Shown here: one piece after another, positions 49,308 to 63,544 of the stretch
Numbering within the stretch: position 1 is the first letter of the stretch
Layout: each line of letters opens with the position of its first letter
Assembly (NCBI GenBank): GCA_964106915.2
Contig: OZ066920.1
Direction: 5' to 3' (one strand)
DNA: 64,000 nucleotides
Source: Podarcis gaigeae
Taxonomy: Eukaryota
The notes under the pieces: model-generated
What the model was told of the DNA's origin: nothing
What the model saw: only the letters and a program-made list of their open reading frames with translations
Databases searched by the model: none
Program-made: the position numbers and the translations under genes

Positions 49308-51797
49308 CTAGAAGAAAGAAAATAGGTCATTTAGATGTTCTTGTTGATCAATTGCTTCCACTTTAATAAGCAGACAACACCTACAATACTTTATTTAACA
49401 AGTTCCAATTAAAAGAAATGCTTTAGCATTTCTACTTTCCAGTTATTAGCAAATTTTTCATATGCCATGATCAGAGTTTTTATCAACACAAGGTACTGAA
49501 AAACACTAGTATATATAGTCATTGGATCACATTAATAAAAATATTGCTAGAAGACAACAGATTACAAAATCTTGTGGTTGTCCCCCCACCAACAGCTTTG
49601 CTCATGTACCTCTTTGCTCTGTTTCCATAAATTTTCTTATGTATATACTCAACAAATATTACTTATAAAGTATAACATGATTACTTAGCTGGTATTTCTA
49701 CCCAATATAGCATTTTTCTTATTTCTTTAAATTGTATTGGTAATTTACTTTCAATTTATTATAACATGAAATTCAACCTAAGGTCTTATTTACATGATAT
49801 ACAATCCAAGCTGTATTCTCCTGGCTATAAGCATTGACTAAATCACTGTCCCCAGCCAGTAACAGGAGCTTTACATTTTTCTTTTATGGCATCTTCTTTC
49901 AAAAATGGAATTTCAAGTTAAATAAGCTATAGCCCAGAAATTACACTCAAGCCCTTTCACTGATTGCTGCTATTGTTTAAATACTTTATCACCAAATCAT
50001 GACATGGCATGGTGGAAATTTGCACGTCCATATTCCAAAGCAAACTCACTTGATACACAAACAAAGATTTCTGTGCAGGTCATAACGTGGTTCACTTTGG
50101 AATCCAGATCCACAACAAATACTACAAGGTGGTTCAAGAGCTTCATTTTAACTTTTTTAAAAAAGGTACAAGCCATTCTGAGCAGCTACAAAGTACAGCT
50201 CCTGTTGCATGGATTAAAAATGGAGCTGCAAAGGCCCCCGGAACAATAGTTTGTGATTATGTGTCATCACTCTGAAGAAAATTATATGGCAGGGGGTGGG
50301 GATGACATGATTGTCTCTATGGGCTGAAACACACTTTTTTTAAAAAAAAAAGTGAAACTGGCATAAACCAAATTTGAACTATCTATCCATCTGTAATCAA
50401 GACTTCTATGTCAAAACTTTAGAGAAGAGAGCTGTAATTAATTCAGTTTCTGTTTAAGTTAAATAGGAGTTAACTTTAACTGAGACACTTCTTGTTAGCA
50501 TTATATATAAACAGTGTTAAAACCTTGATGATTTTATCACAATGCATTTTGTAATAAAAATATTCTGGTACTGTAAGTTTGCCTGTTCCAACTCCTCAGT
50601 AGCTGAGGGTGGGGTGAGAAAGAGGTGAATGCTTCTGTTACAAGCATGCCTGACCTGGAAATTTTTATAGGCATCAGGAATGCTACCTGGCTTACTGGTG
50701 CATGGAAGTTTACCTGCTTGATGGCGCGTCTCCTTGCAATTGCCTCGTTAGCCAAACAAACTGAATCCCCATAGAACATCCCTTAAGTCGCCTGTTCAAG
50801 TATTGCTTTGACCTTGAGTCCTAGCAAAGGTTCACGGAAACCTACTTAGGTTTTGTTCACTAAATTTTAGAACTGGGTTGTGAATCTTAAAAAGAAATGT
50901 GGAAAACCTCACATTTTGTCAAGACTGATTCATTACTTGTTTTATTTAGGGGAGGGGATACAGCATTATAACCCAACTGGAAAGTATCACTGAATACAGA
51001 CAAGAGCAAAAAGAAGGTTGAACTCTGATAGACCTGTGACAGATAGAAACTGTTATTCTACAAGAAATGCTATGTGCTGTTATTCAGCCTGAGCTTCCAG
51101 AATTTGGAAGGGCCATAAAGTTCCCTGGGACCAGAACAATCAGACAAAACCATGCCAGCACTCCCAAAGACACCAAACATGGACAGGCAAATATTGCAGT
51201 GCCTCCTCTTCACTCAGGAGTTTAAAGAATGTGCAGTGCTGGGCACAGGAATCACACGCAACTTATTGAAAGACACAGCCCAAAGTCTCTCCCGTCTCCA
51301 CTCTAGTTCCTGAGCCACCAACCTTCAAGGGATGCAGGGCCACCAGCTTTGCTGAGAAGCCAGACACCTCCATATGATCATCATCTAACAGTGGCTATTC
51401 CACAAGGCAGAAGGGAAGAGAAGGGATATAGACCAGTTCATTGGCAGAACTGAGAGACCAATAACTTTGGCTACGCCTGTTCTTGAACTTCTTCTACCCC
51501 CCCCCCCCCAATGATTATTAGAGTAACTTGTAACTTAAACCTAAGTTTGCTTATTTCCTTCTCCCTTAGTCCTTTTCCTTTTTGTGTCATGTCTTTTTAG
51601 ATTTTAAGCCTGGGGGCAGCAACTTGCTTGTATTGATCTCTAATTGCTCTGCAAACCTTTTCTGGCTTAAGGTAAGATTTAGAATTATTCAAAAAACAAA
51701 TATATAATACCTTGAACAAAAAAAAGTCTGACAAAATAGAAATTAATCAACAAAAATGTAAATCCTGAAAAGAGGTTCAGACCAACCAGCACCTTAC

Positions 51798-51964
51798 CTC
51801 TGAATCTGAGCTATCCAGTTCAGCCAAAGTGGGAGCTTTCAAAAGTCTCTTCCGTTGTACTGTCAACTTAGTAGCACCAATGCCATTCACCTTTGCTTCT
51901 GATGAAAAGCTGCCATTCTGACAGCTTTCTGAAAGATTTTTGGAGGCCTCTGGTGTTGATACAT
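51798..51964 (-). CDS. SPIRE1: SPIRE1 coding exon (includes the myosin-V-binding GTBM region)
   Basis: 167 nt, [11 protein letters not shown]...[20 protein letters not shown]; donor GAG|GTAAGG. Confidence 0.95.
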
Positions 51965-52361
51965 CTAGGGGGGGAAAGAGAAAAATTATTGTGGTGGCAC
52001 AGTAGAAAAGTATACTCCACTTATACTGTACTTGTTTCTCACAGCGCAATTAATACTGAAGTTTCACAACTGTGAAATTTATCTCTTTTTTCTATAAAAT
52101 TACAGACACTGGAGTGCAATGTGGATGTGATGCAACAGAAAAGCATTAGTGGATCTGAGGAGGAAGGGAAGCATGTGACTTTCACAAATGTACTTTCAAA
52201 AACCTGATCTCATTCAAATTATAAACTTATTTGTGTTTCTAGCAGATAACCCTTTGCTCAAAGTTCAATAAAACCAATAAAATGTTAAAACTTGGGGGGC
52301 ACTTTTGCCCATGTGAACCCTCCTGTACCTCTACTAGACTTCAGTTGTGCTGAAAGGTACC

Positions 52362-52492
52362 TATGTCAGTAGAGCCCGAGACATCTTAATTCCAGGGTTG
52401 TGGGTTCCAGCCCAATGTTGGGCAAAATATTCCTGTGCAGGGGGTTGGATTATATAGCCCTCGTGGTCCTGTCCAATTCTATGATTCTATGA
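52362..52492 (+). mobile_element. tRNA-derived SINE with a CR1-like 3' tail
   Basis: tRNA-like head gtcagtagagc...agggttgtgggttccagccc and tail attctatgattctatga. Confidence 0.75.
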
Positions 52493-53209
52493 CCTATTTT
52501 TCACTCTCTGCCCAAATGCATATTCTGAATCACACACACACACACACACACACTCCCTTCATGGGGTGAAGCAAGTGCCTACTGTCAGCTCCACATGGCC
52601 GGAGGGCAACAGGGAAGCAAACAAGATTGGCTACTAGGTGGGGAAGCCACCCCTGATACTTCTGCCCCCTGCCCAAGAATCCTTGAAAATCAAAAGACTT
52701 TGAGCTCCAGCAACTGCTCTGCAATTACAAACTAAAAAACTGAAGGTCTCCAACCTGGTGCACATGGGCACCAAGGAAGGCTTGGGAGGGAGTCAGGTTC
52801 ATGATTTCTGTTTACGAAATATCCCAGGCCCTGATTGGATGGGTGTTGTAAATAATCTATTCCAATTATATAAATCTGTGCTTCTATTTTTAGAGGCAAA
52901 TCTACTTTGATTTTGTGAAACTGTGGATAAACAAATCATCCATCCAATATTGCTAAAAATAGTTTTAGCATATCAGCAGCCAGCTACTTACACCTTGCAG
53001 AACCCAAAGGAAATTCACAAGGAAACATACACACAAACAGAAAATATAACAAAAAGAAAAGAAAAAAGCTCAAGGATAGCTTGAAATGCATTTTACCAGA
53101 CTATTTTTTGGTCACACTTGTAAGTATTTTCCAACTGATATGTAGTTGGGAAAAAACATTTGTTTTTTACCTTTAAATAATTCTATTACCACTTAAGATA
53201 TAGATTTTA

Positions 53210-53725
53210 AAAAACCAGGAGTCTTGTGGCACCTAACACATTTTTGTGGACAACAGCCAACAGATGCACGAAGGGAGCTAAGGGAGGAGGATTCTAAACA
53301 GTGAAGTGCAAGGAAAATGATATGCAGGTAAGTGCAGACTGTGATAGTTATGCTATTTCCACCATCCTTTGCTTTCCTTCAACTTCACTCTTTACATTCC
53401 TCTTCCCTGCCAAATGTGTGTATATACCGTATGTGTGTGCATACATGTGTGTGTGTGTGTGTATAGATAAACATACAGACACAACTGCAGGTAACATTTG
53501 ATGAAGAGGACTAGTCTATGGAAGTTTATGGGGGATTGCTATGGGTTAGTTTTGTTCTTGTTCTTGTTTTTATTATGTGTTTTGTGTTTTTATTTTGTAT
53601 TTTGTATTTTAATGCGGTGAACTGTCCAGAGAGCTTCTGACAAAGAGCATCAAACAAACAAACATAAAAATGAATTTGTTAGGTATTTAAGGTCCCACAA
53701 AACACTCTATTGTTTTTGCTGCAAG
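53210..53725. mobile_element. Older Penelope-like remnant
   Basis: aggagtcttgtggcacct... and the inverted ...taaggtcccacaaaacactct...tttttgctgc; degenerate tgatgaagaggactagtctatggaag core. Boundaries approximate. Confidence 0.4.
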
Positions 53726-54614
53726 ACACTTGTATCCCTCTGTCATATGATATATATCCCTACCGTTTCCCAGCTTTTAGTAATCTCAAGAGAATCAAGG
53801 CCACAATGTCTTCAGACCAGTAAAAAATAGAATAAAATATTGGAAGCAACTGCTTATAACCAATTTTCAGACTGAAAATAATTCAAACAGACGGTAAAGG
53901 GCAACTAACTTAAATTTACAGCAAAAAATACAGCTAGCTATTTGATCTCTCACACACCACAAAATTACTGTAAATACAGGGCTTTTAAAGGCTGTTTTTT
54001 GTCAGTATAAACTCTGAAATGATAATTAATTAATTCAATGCAGATTAATTTAGTCAGACAAATGGGAAGCAATAGCAGTTACTTCCAGTGTTAGTCAGCA
54101 ATTCCAAGACAAACAGTAGCCTGGCTGCAGAATATACATTTCTCATCTTGCCAAGATGGAAAAATAGCTATCAAATATCACAGGCTACAATCTTTTTTGG
54201 AAAATGGCTAAGTTGGATCTCTTTATAGTGCAATCCTATACATATCTTCTCAAAAGTAAGTCCATTTGTTTTCACTGGGGCTTATTCCTAGATAGGTATG
54301 CAAGAGCCTTAATGCTATGACATTTTGTATCAGTGTCTACTACTAATGTGTAAAGAAAGATAATACAAACCAAAATGGAATTCACCTTTTCTTTCTAGGT
54401 ACAGATTACTGTGCTTACCAAATGAATCAAAGAGAACATAAATTATATATGAACATGAGCAATCATGTACCCATATGCTGTTTGTGTTCAAGAGCAGCTT
54501 TCATTGGAAATGACAATTAGAATAGATGCTTAGGATTTTTAATATGCTGTTTGCCTAGATATGGGTACAATCTGGAGACGACAGAAAAATAAAAATAAGT
54601 CACAAGGTGACTTA

Positions 54615-54789
54615 GGGATTATCCAGACTTCCTCTTCCAGGCACAACTCTGGACTTTAAAGTGCTCTGTGTGCAGAAAACCTATTGTTGTTTGCCCCGAT
54701 TCAGTGGTAAAATGCAGGTTTGGACACAGAGCTTTAAAGTGCTGACCTGTGCCTAGAAATGTGGCACAAAAGGAATTGTGGACGAGCCC
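54615..54789. mobile_element. Harbinger-like hairpin MITE
   Basis: TTA|ggg...ccc|TTA with internal inverted arms (aggcaca/tgtgcct, ctctgtgt/acacagag). Confidence 0.5.
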
Positions 54790-55160
54790 TTAGATAAGAA
54801 TGATTGTGTGGCTAGTCCATACTTAAACATGTTGCTAATTACAACTTGAAAAAGACAACTTCAAAGCTAGGGTTATGAATTTGACTTGTTTCAATAAACC
54901 ATGATTTATGATTAACCACGTCAATGTAACCCCAGATGCTGCTAATCAAAATCAAAATTAAAAACAACTGATGTCCTCTGTGTGGCTATGCTGGAGTAGC
55001 AGTAGGGTGGCTGGGTGGAAAAGAGGACAGGGCACCAGCACTTCTAGAAGAGAGAATTTCATTATAGCTAAACCTGCTGGAATTCCTTCTTCTTGAAAAG
55101 GAAAATGTTATGGATAGTTGTAGCCCAGAGCTTCTACACCTTACCAAATTAATCTGTGGA

Positions 55161-55376
55161 GGACGGAAGCCTATTAGAGAAGAAAAGGAATTGGGATTAA
55201 AGAATAGGGTGACATAAATCTGTATATAAGAACATACAGATTTATGGTTGTATGTATGCTTTTTTTCATTTTTTCCCTTTTTTCCTTGATGTTGTCATTT
55301 TTTTATTTTGGTTATTTTATTGTCTGTGTTTGTTCATCAAGTAAGAAAACAAATAAAAAGCAAAATAAAAAACACA
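55161..55376 (+). mobile_element. 5'-truncated retrotransposon 3' end (L1-like)
   Basis: 16-bp TSD caaattaatctgtgga (55145-55160 and 55377-55392); T-rich body, AATAAA and an A-rich tail. Confidence 0.7.
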
Positions 55377-55641
55377 CAAATTAATCTGTGGAAATGATGT
55401 TTGACAGATCTCCCTAGGCATAACTAGGTTCACGATCCTAGTCATGAAAACCTTTGTCCTGGTTTCTTTTGTCATTCTCCTTGATGACCAAGTAATTGAT
55501 TATCAAGGAAATTAGAAGTCTCCTCTTTCAATAAACTGCACTAGATGGTGAGCAGGGCAGAAGTAGGGAGGACCATCTATTTCTTAGTTAACATAATGTC
55601 TTTGATCAAATCCACTTTCTTAGGAGAAATCCTAGTTCAGG

Positions 55642-55700
55642 TTACAGATAGGTAGCCGTGTTGGTCTGCCATAGTCAAAACAAAAAAAAATTCCTTCCAG
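55642..55700 (-). mobile_element. 59-bp Penelope-like terminal fragment
   Basis: aggtagccgtgttggtctg...ttccttccag, the reverse of the family end; 14-bp TSD aatcctagttcagg (55628-55641 and 55701-55714). Confidence 0.75.
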
Positions 55701-57512
55701 AATCCTAGTTCAGGCCTTTTCATTTAAAGATAAAATTCCTGATTCAATTAAGTAGCTGAATACCAGGAATTGTGCACTGATATTAAAGAATCTGTTCCTA
55801 ATCTTCTTAATTTCCATAAACAGCTTCCTCTGTAACCTCCCTGTTAGTATACAGTGGGTTCAGAGAATAAGAGTTATCGTTTCCTCTGAAAATAGTTCCC
55901 TGGTGGGATCTTTGTTAAATTATTAATTACTGAATCCTCTTTGCACAGCTGGTCGAAACATCAAGTAATTTATTTGAACCATTTCAAGATCAATTGAATA
56001 ACTGCTTCAGCTTCAGACTTAAAAAGTATTTAATTTACAAGCTCTATGGAAGTGGATTTCCAGTTACATTTTGGGGGATCGGATAATCCAAGAATAGCTG
56101 GGTTAGGGGAACGATCCATCTCTCCCTTTCTTGTACCTCAGCTTTTCTATCTTCTAGTTAGAACCTGAATTCAAACCAAAATAAAATGGGCAGCACTTCA
56201 CATACATAAATAAAATTGCATATAATATGAAATACACTCCCTGTCACCCTCTTTTACATAAAACCACTGAAATGCTCATCTTTAAAATAAGAAAGCAGCA
56301 CTTTTAAGCTAAAAACAGAAACAAACAAAAAACCTTCCTCTCCCAACACTTCTGTCTAGCCAGCTGCTAAAACTGACCAGAAATATCAATTAGAAGGAAT
56401 GTCTAAATTTAAGAGGCGAGGGAAATGTGAACAGCAAGCATGACCAATGTAGTAACATACTATGATTAAAGTTATTATGATTAAAGTCAGTGGCTCCATA
56501 GGCATCCCTATGTTCCTCTAACACACATTGGCACACACCAAGAGATGGAACAGGTCTTCTGGAGGAAACCAAGTATGACAGCAAAGGCTTAAAGCAACAC
56601 CTTCCTGGAGGGAAAATGTCAGAAACCTGAGGGAACTGTAGTGGTTACAGGGTGGGAGACAACTCTCAGATGGGAGAACTGGATGGACTCACTTTCCTTC
56701 CTGTTGTACCCACTCACTAGTTCACACAAATTCAATAAAAGGTGGCTAGCATGCACCACCTCCCCTTTCTGGTGACAAAGACAGCCTCATGGAAGGTTTG
56801 ATGGGCCATGAGATTTGATTCCCTATCCATAGTGCTTCCTCCCCAAAAAACATTCCAATTTATACAAGGGAGATTTCATAATAAAAATCAGTATAACCAG
56901 TATAACCAGGCTGTGAAGTATAACCAGGCTGTGAAAATTACACAGCCACATATGTTTTTGGCTAGTGGCTTGTCCACTGTTGAAGGACTAATGTAGAGTT
57001 GTGGTTCTGTGGCAACCTGTTGGAAGTATAAATAAAACAGGGGCCTTTTTAAACCAATGATCCTTGTTCCATCTGCATGTGCAGACTAATCTTCATGCCC
57101 TTGATCTTCCCAAGAGTCTATCTGATAGTTGACACACTTTGGTGTCACCTTCAACAACAGGATTATGAAGAGCAGCTGCAACTCTTTTCAGCTCTTGATA
57201 GAGATGAGACCTTCCATTACTTAAAGCCTTCTTATTTACTCAGTCCTCTTTACTCAAAACACTGACCTCTACTGCTGCTCAGACCATCTCAAAATGCTTC
57301 TTCATCCACATGTCCACTCTGACTTTAAGCCCTTGTTTCCTGTTACAACCCTTCCCCCAGTTCTACCAATCTTCTGCACTTTATTTCCTTCCCTTCCTTT
57401 CTTGCCCCCTACTCTCAGTTTTAAGACAGTAAGCTCCTTGTAGGTAGAGACTTGGCTGTTCTTTACAAATGAAACTCTAAGGTGTCACGTATAGCAATGG
57501 TACTGCATAAAC

Positions 57513-58018
57513 CAGAGGTGTGCAACCTTTTTGGGTCCATGGCTCCTTGACCAACTACATTCTTTCTGTGGCACCCCGTATGGCTCAGGAGCCCAGTTAT
57601 GCCACCCTTGCCTGCAAAGCTGGCAGCCACTCACCACTTTTTGAACACCCCCCTTGTGGAGTGTTCATCAGCCTCCTCTCTTCTCCCGTCTCCTTGGGAG
57701 TCCTCTGGGCAGCTGCAGCTACCATCACTGGTCTCTGAGCTGCTCCTCCTGCCCCAAAGAGATATGCCTCCTCTCACTGCCCCACAGGGGCCTGAGAAGC
57801 ACCCCCTGGCCAGCCCCAGAGGCACCATTTGCCTGGAGAGATTGTAGCCAGGGCTGCTGCAACAAACAGCTGTGCAAGCCTTTGGGAGGCAGAAACATGA
57901 GAGGGCATCAGAGGTAGGAGGGAGGCAAAGAAGAACAGAGACCAGTGTTGCACATGGCACCCCTGATTATCATTCAAGGCACCCCAGGTTGCCATGGCAC
58001 ACAGGTTGAAAACCACCG
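57513..58018. mobile_element. Non-autonomous hAT DNA transposon
   Basis: Imperfect TIR cagaggtgtgcaacct / aggttgaaaaccaccg; 8-bp TSD gcataaac / gcataagc. Confidence 0.7.
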
Positions 58019-58848
58019 GCATAAGCGATTAATAATGATAGTGATGAAAATAACAGAGCCTAATTCAAAAACAAAAACTATACTTAAACTATTTGGACAA
58101 ACATTGTAAAAAATAATACAAATAAGACTACTGCTCTCCTTTTTGAGGGATTCCCTATTTGTAAACATCAAATCATCAGACAAAACAAGCAGGTAAGTTG
58201 ATGATGATGAAAGCACCAATTAACATGGAAGCAAATGAAAATATCCATTTTTAAACAATTGAATAAAACACACACATACAGCAACACAGTTAAAGAAAAC
58301 TCCTGAATACAGCCTATTCTTCCTTAATCCAAAATCATCATAACTGAAGCTTGTGCTGATCATGTGCTAGCCCGCTTCTATCCACAAACTCCTCAATTTG
58401 CTCCCCAAAAGCACAACTCAGAGGAAGGTTCAGAATTCAGACGATAAAGTACCAACATCACATTTCTGTGTGATGCACATGCCTGCCTGTATAAAACTTT
58501 TAAAACAGAAACGGAAAAGCAAAAGCTCTTTAGATAATATTCAAATCCAAAGCATGGTTAAAATCTGTAACATGTTAAATAGTAAATCTGCAGCATATTA
58601 ATGTATTAGTGTGAAAGGTTATGGGTTAGATCCAACATATTACAAGTGGGTGTCCATTTGTGCAACAGGATTTCACCTCCCTTTCCTCCCCACAGCAGCC
58701 CCTCTGGAGCAGATTTTGGGGGCATGCAGGGGGGCTGAAATGGGGAGAAGAGAAACACAAAGCATTGTTGCGCAAGCAGGCAGATATCACTGGATGTCAC
58801 CCTGTTTAATGTAGCACATATAATTTTAGTAACAGAAAAAAGAGAGTA

Positions 58849-59060
58849 CAGTGGTACCTCTGGTTACGAACTTAATTCATTCTGGAGGTCCGTTCTTAAC
58901 CTGTGGTACCACTTTAGCTAATGGGGCCTCCTGCTGCTGCTGCTGCGCCACCAGTGCACAATTTCTGTTTTCATCCTGAGGTAAAGTTCTTAACCCGAGG
59001 TACTACTTCCAGGTTAGTGGAGTCTGTAACCCGAAGTGTTTGTAACCCAAGATACCACTG
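58849..59060 (+). mobile_element. MITE, same family, older and internally deleted copy
   Basis: cagtggtacctc...gataccactg with TA flanks; shares the core ccactttagctaatggggcctcc. Confidence 0.85.
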
Positions 59061-59982
59061 TATCTATTGAAACAACCTTATAAGGTTATGAGTTCAAGAA
59101 AGAATAGTAAGTTCTCATTTTATCACCCTTCCTCCTCCCCTATTCCATGTGAATTCTCTCTCTCTTAGATTTTCAGAACTAGCTATGGCTAATGTTATGC
59201 CTGCACAAGAATCTTTGCTAGCCCTGCTTAGCTCTCCCCAGAGTTCTGAAAGCTACTTTTAATGATAGTTGCAAACTCTTATTTGGTGCTTACCATGGTT
59301 AGATGAAATACTAGTACACATGTGCTATTACACTACATCATGGTTCAGGCCCACTGTGAGCACCTGCAATGGTCAGGTAAATTCTGGGACTCATAGGCCC
59401 CAGGAAGGCCATTCAGGGCTAATGCTAGACTCTGAAATAACGTTTCACTGTCTTTGTTAATTTTTTATTTTTTTTACCAAAGTGGTGTCCATGCTGCAAA
59501 GTGGCTGCCAAGGCTGCATCCACCCACCATCTGCTTTTCCTCAGAATGCTTCTGGAACCTGATGCCAAGAGGTATTCTGGGAAATGAAAATGGCAGGTGG
59601 CAATACCCTCAGAAAGTGCTTCACTTTGCAGTGTACCTGCCACATTGAGAAAACATGTTAAGAAGTGACAAAGCTACTTGTTAAGCTTACTTGATGCAAA
59701 GACCAGGGTGATATGGGAGGTCCTAGGAGGAGATTTTCTCCTGGACTCCTTCAAACCTAGCTCTGATCTTGCCATATGAAAATAAAAGGGAAGGAAAATT
59801 CACATGTGGAAGTGGAGGAAAATTGCATGAGCCTAGAGGCCACTGCTAATCGTGGTTAGAAGATCATGCCTGTCATTGGCTCAAGTATGAAGGGAGTTCT
59901 GGACCAACACTGTTGTGGAGCATTGCACTGGTACAGTGAACCAACAGAACCAATCTTCTATAAATGGTTTGTGAATAAATTT

Positions 59983-60520
59983 ATAAGAACCCAAGAAGAG
60001 TCTACTAGATCAGGCCAATGGCCCATATAGTCCAGCACCCCATTATCACAGTGGCCAACCAGATGCTTGTGGTAAATCCGCAAGAAGGATTTGAGCACAA
60101 GATGATTCTCCCACCCTGTTTTTCCAGCAACTGGTATCCAGAAGCATTATTGCCTCCAACTGTGGAGGCAGATAAGAGCCATCATTTGATAGCCCTTTCC
60201 TCCGTGACTGTATCTAATCCTATTTTAAAGCTGTCTAAGTTAGTGGCCATCACTGCCTGCCATGGGTGCGAGTTCCATATAACTTTGTGCTGCATGAAAA
60301 AGTACTTTCTTTTACCTGTCCTGAATCTTTCAAGATTCAGCTTCATGGAATGTCCACATGTACTAGTGTTATTAGAGAGGCAGAAAAACTTTTCTGAAAA
60401 ACTTATTCCATGCCATGCATAATTTTATACTTTTCTATCATGTCACCGCTTACTCACTTTTTCTCTAAACTAAAAGTCCCAAATGCCGCAACCTTTCTTC
60501 ATAGAGGAGTTACTCCTTCC
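59983..60520 (-). mobile_element. CR1 LINE 3' fragment
   Basis: ataagaac...gatcaggccaatggcccatatagtccagca...gtggccaaccagatgc is the reverse of the CR1 3' end; followed by ORF2-end-like aagaagtacttt segments. Confidence 0.75.
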
Positions 60521-60798
60521 CTTTGGGTGCCCAGTGAGAGTAATGGGTATTTACTCAAATATATTATACTAGCTCTGCACTCTTCTATAACTACAGTATT
60601 TTTTAAAATAAATATTTACACAAATGCTAATGATTTTAGTGTGTATCTCAGATGATATTTAAATTAATCTTAAAATCTGCAGACTAGGATTTGGAAAAAC
60701 ATCCTTAAGATGTTTTTCTTACATTAAACAAAGAAATGGAATGGAACACGATTTACAGTTATCACAATAACCACGTCAGGTGCTGTAGCACTTTTTAC

Positions 60799-60840
60799 CT
60801 GACAAGTCAAAACTGTAAGACATGCTAAGAGGCCGGATTG
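60799..60840 (-). CDS. SPIRE1: SPIRE1 42-nt cassette micro-exon
   Basis: Phase 1-1, AIRPLSMSYSFDLS (human AMRPLSMSYSFDLS); long polypyrimidine tract, CAG|GTAAAA donor. Confidence 0.9.
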
Positions 60841-63544
60841 CTGGAAAAAGAAAAGAAAAGAAATCAAAATGACAAAAGAAAAACAATCTGTTTTTAAGGG
60901 AACACAAAGAAAACAGAAGGTTAGTTTAAATGAGAGACATTTCAAATTGTATTATACAGGCCAATCTAAATCTGAAATGAGTCAGACACTTTTTCTTTAC
61001 AGCAGTAAAGGTGTAAGTGTAAACACTGCAACAGCATCATGGGAGGTTGGAAATACATTAACACCTGGATCCTAAACATGTATTTCCCTGGAAGGGCCAG
61101 TTTAGCTAATATTAACTCCACATGCAGAGCACAGTGAGTATGATATTTAAAATATATTTACTGCATTTGCAGCCCCCAATATGTGCGTCTATAATATACC
61201 TATCATTGTTGCACATTCTCATCAGGGATGATGCTGGTGTACAGATACTCTGCATAACTGGGCTGCACATGTGGTGATAATCTTTTAAACATTACACTGC
61301 CTTCACATTACATAGCCATAAGTAAAGGCTTTCCTGAAGCCTGCATGCAGGATTAATACCTTCTAATTTGGCCCAAAGTCACATCGATTTCAGTAAGGGC
61401 CACTTGACACATGACAAATTACTTAAATGAGTGTAGAAAATTGCATATAAATCTTTGTGTACACTGTTGCATACAAAAAAATACACATTTTTGTTGCTTC
61501 ACATGTTTAATTGCAAGGAAGTTCTGACTGCTAGCAGGTTTCTGTGGCATATACACATGGAAAAACAGATCTGCAATTTTTCAGCTTTGATTTTGTAAAT
61601 TCTATTTTATATTTCAAAATTATTTTGGTATAGGGAATTTGTCATGTTAGAAATGGCTATGAATGTACTTAGGATCACTGGTAAAGTAAAAAAAAAAAGA
61701 ATCCTGTCACAAAGATGCTGCTGAAAAAGTTATTCTGTAATAGAAATACATGCATAAATACATAAGGAGGGTGAGGGACAGTGGCAAACATTATGGCACT
61801 ACATTTCAAGGAGGTAGGCACATGCAATTGCAGAGGTACTCAAAATAGTTCGGTCAATTAATCTCAGTCCTGGCATAAAATCCCTGACTCTACTCCCAAC
61901 TGTAAATTGCCAAATGCACAAAATAACTATTCTTCAAAGATATCTATCATTTTTTTGATGAGAATAAGGTCATCTTGGCGGTAAAAAGAGCAGTTATTGG
62001 TGATTATAGTGTTTTCTCTAAATGCTTAAAGTGCTTCACATACTTCACTCAGTAATCCTTACAACAACCATGGAATGTAGGCCTGTATTATCCACAAATT
62101 ACAGACGCGGAATTAAGATTGAAAAATGGTGGTCTGCCTAAAGCTGCCCAATATGCTAAAATTTGAACTAAAATTGGTTTACAACTCATGCTTTTAATCA
62201 CTTGACTATGCTCTCATGAAAACTGAAAATAGGCAACTGCTGATAATCAGAGTATGCACTGCTGGTGCATAATTATATACTGTAAAGCTGGATGTGTAAA
62301 TAGATAACTTGAACTGCAATAGTATTCAGACTGAATATTCTGACACTATAATTTAGGGGTTGCTAAACTCCACTTTGGAAGAAAAGATCCATCCTCCCTA
62401 AGCAAAATTTTCTGCCTTCTGGTAGCAGCAGTGAAAACAACAAAAATTAAAGAAACACTGTGCTGGTATAGGTGGAGCCTAGCGCCCTGATGGGGACGAA
62501 GATGGTTCCCTCCCCATTTATAGGCATTTCCTTCTTTATTGCCTGTGACATTAATAGTAGATACACAAGTCCTCTCATGGTGGTGCTGTTTTATGACTTT
62601 TAAATAAAAGTTTTAATATGTGAGAGTTTCAGCATTTATTTATTTTTAAGTGTCAGACAACAAATATCTCTTTCCAGTTGCATCAATGCCCTATAATTTC
62701 ATTGACTTGTTTTTATTTAGTTTTTGAGAGGATGTGTGTTCTTGTGTCCAATGCTGCAGCATATATCTACCTTGATTTTTATTAATGTAGAAAGTGGTAT
62801 GGGTATCACTCTTCTCCAAGCTGTTACATGTGGACTAGATATCACACTATTGCATTTAAATGGAATCTTGTAGGACTACTGTGCAGAAATTGGAAGAGAA
62901 GTTAAAAACACACACCCCATACACCAAAAGAATAAGTGACATGTTGCTTTGTACAAAAGGAAAGCAACCACTGCTACCTGTCAATAAATTAGTGGAAAAC
63001 TACTCCATGTGTCCAGCAAAGATCACTGTGGCAATTATTATTTTCCTAGACCAACATAAGAAAAACTGAAAATTGAAATAGCTGGTCTAAATCACTGATC
63101 ATTATTATTACTTTAATAAACACAGAGCCCATGTGCCTTTTATCAGAGCTCCTGAGCTTGCAGACATTCTATTTCACTTTAATGACTATTCTTATGAAGA
63201 GAGCTCAGTGAACATACTGGTTTTTTCACTCCTACAAGAATCAAGCAACTTAGGTACAATCACCACCTATCAAAATCAGAAGGTGGGTTTTGTTTAGCAA
63301 TTTCCTTCCCTCTTTAGCCCCTTATTCCCCACACCCCCAAATCAGCACAAAAGTGTGCAGGTATGTGGGGAATCACTGGAGAATGTCTCATTCCCTGTTC
63401 TCGTGATAGAAGGCTCTGCTTCATCAATGAGCCTTCAGTAAGCGGAATGATACCTGTTGGATACAAGCCATTAGCAATATGCAATAATTTCATCAGCAGA
63501 GTACCACCCAGGACTAATATAATCAAAAATCAAAATCAAAATAC

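Noticed and set aside
52362-52425. tRNA-like sequence
   Set aside because: It is degenerate and followed by a CR1-type tail, so it is a SINE head rather than a tRNA gene.
56890-56937. Short tandem duplication agtataaccaggctgtga
   Set aside because: Ordinary local slippage duplication; no array or spacer structure.
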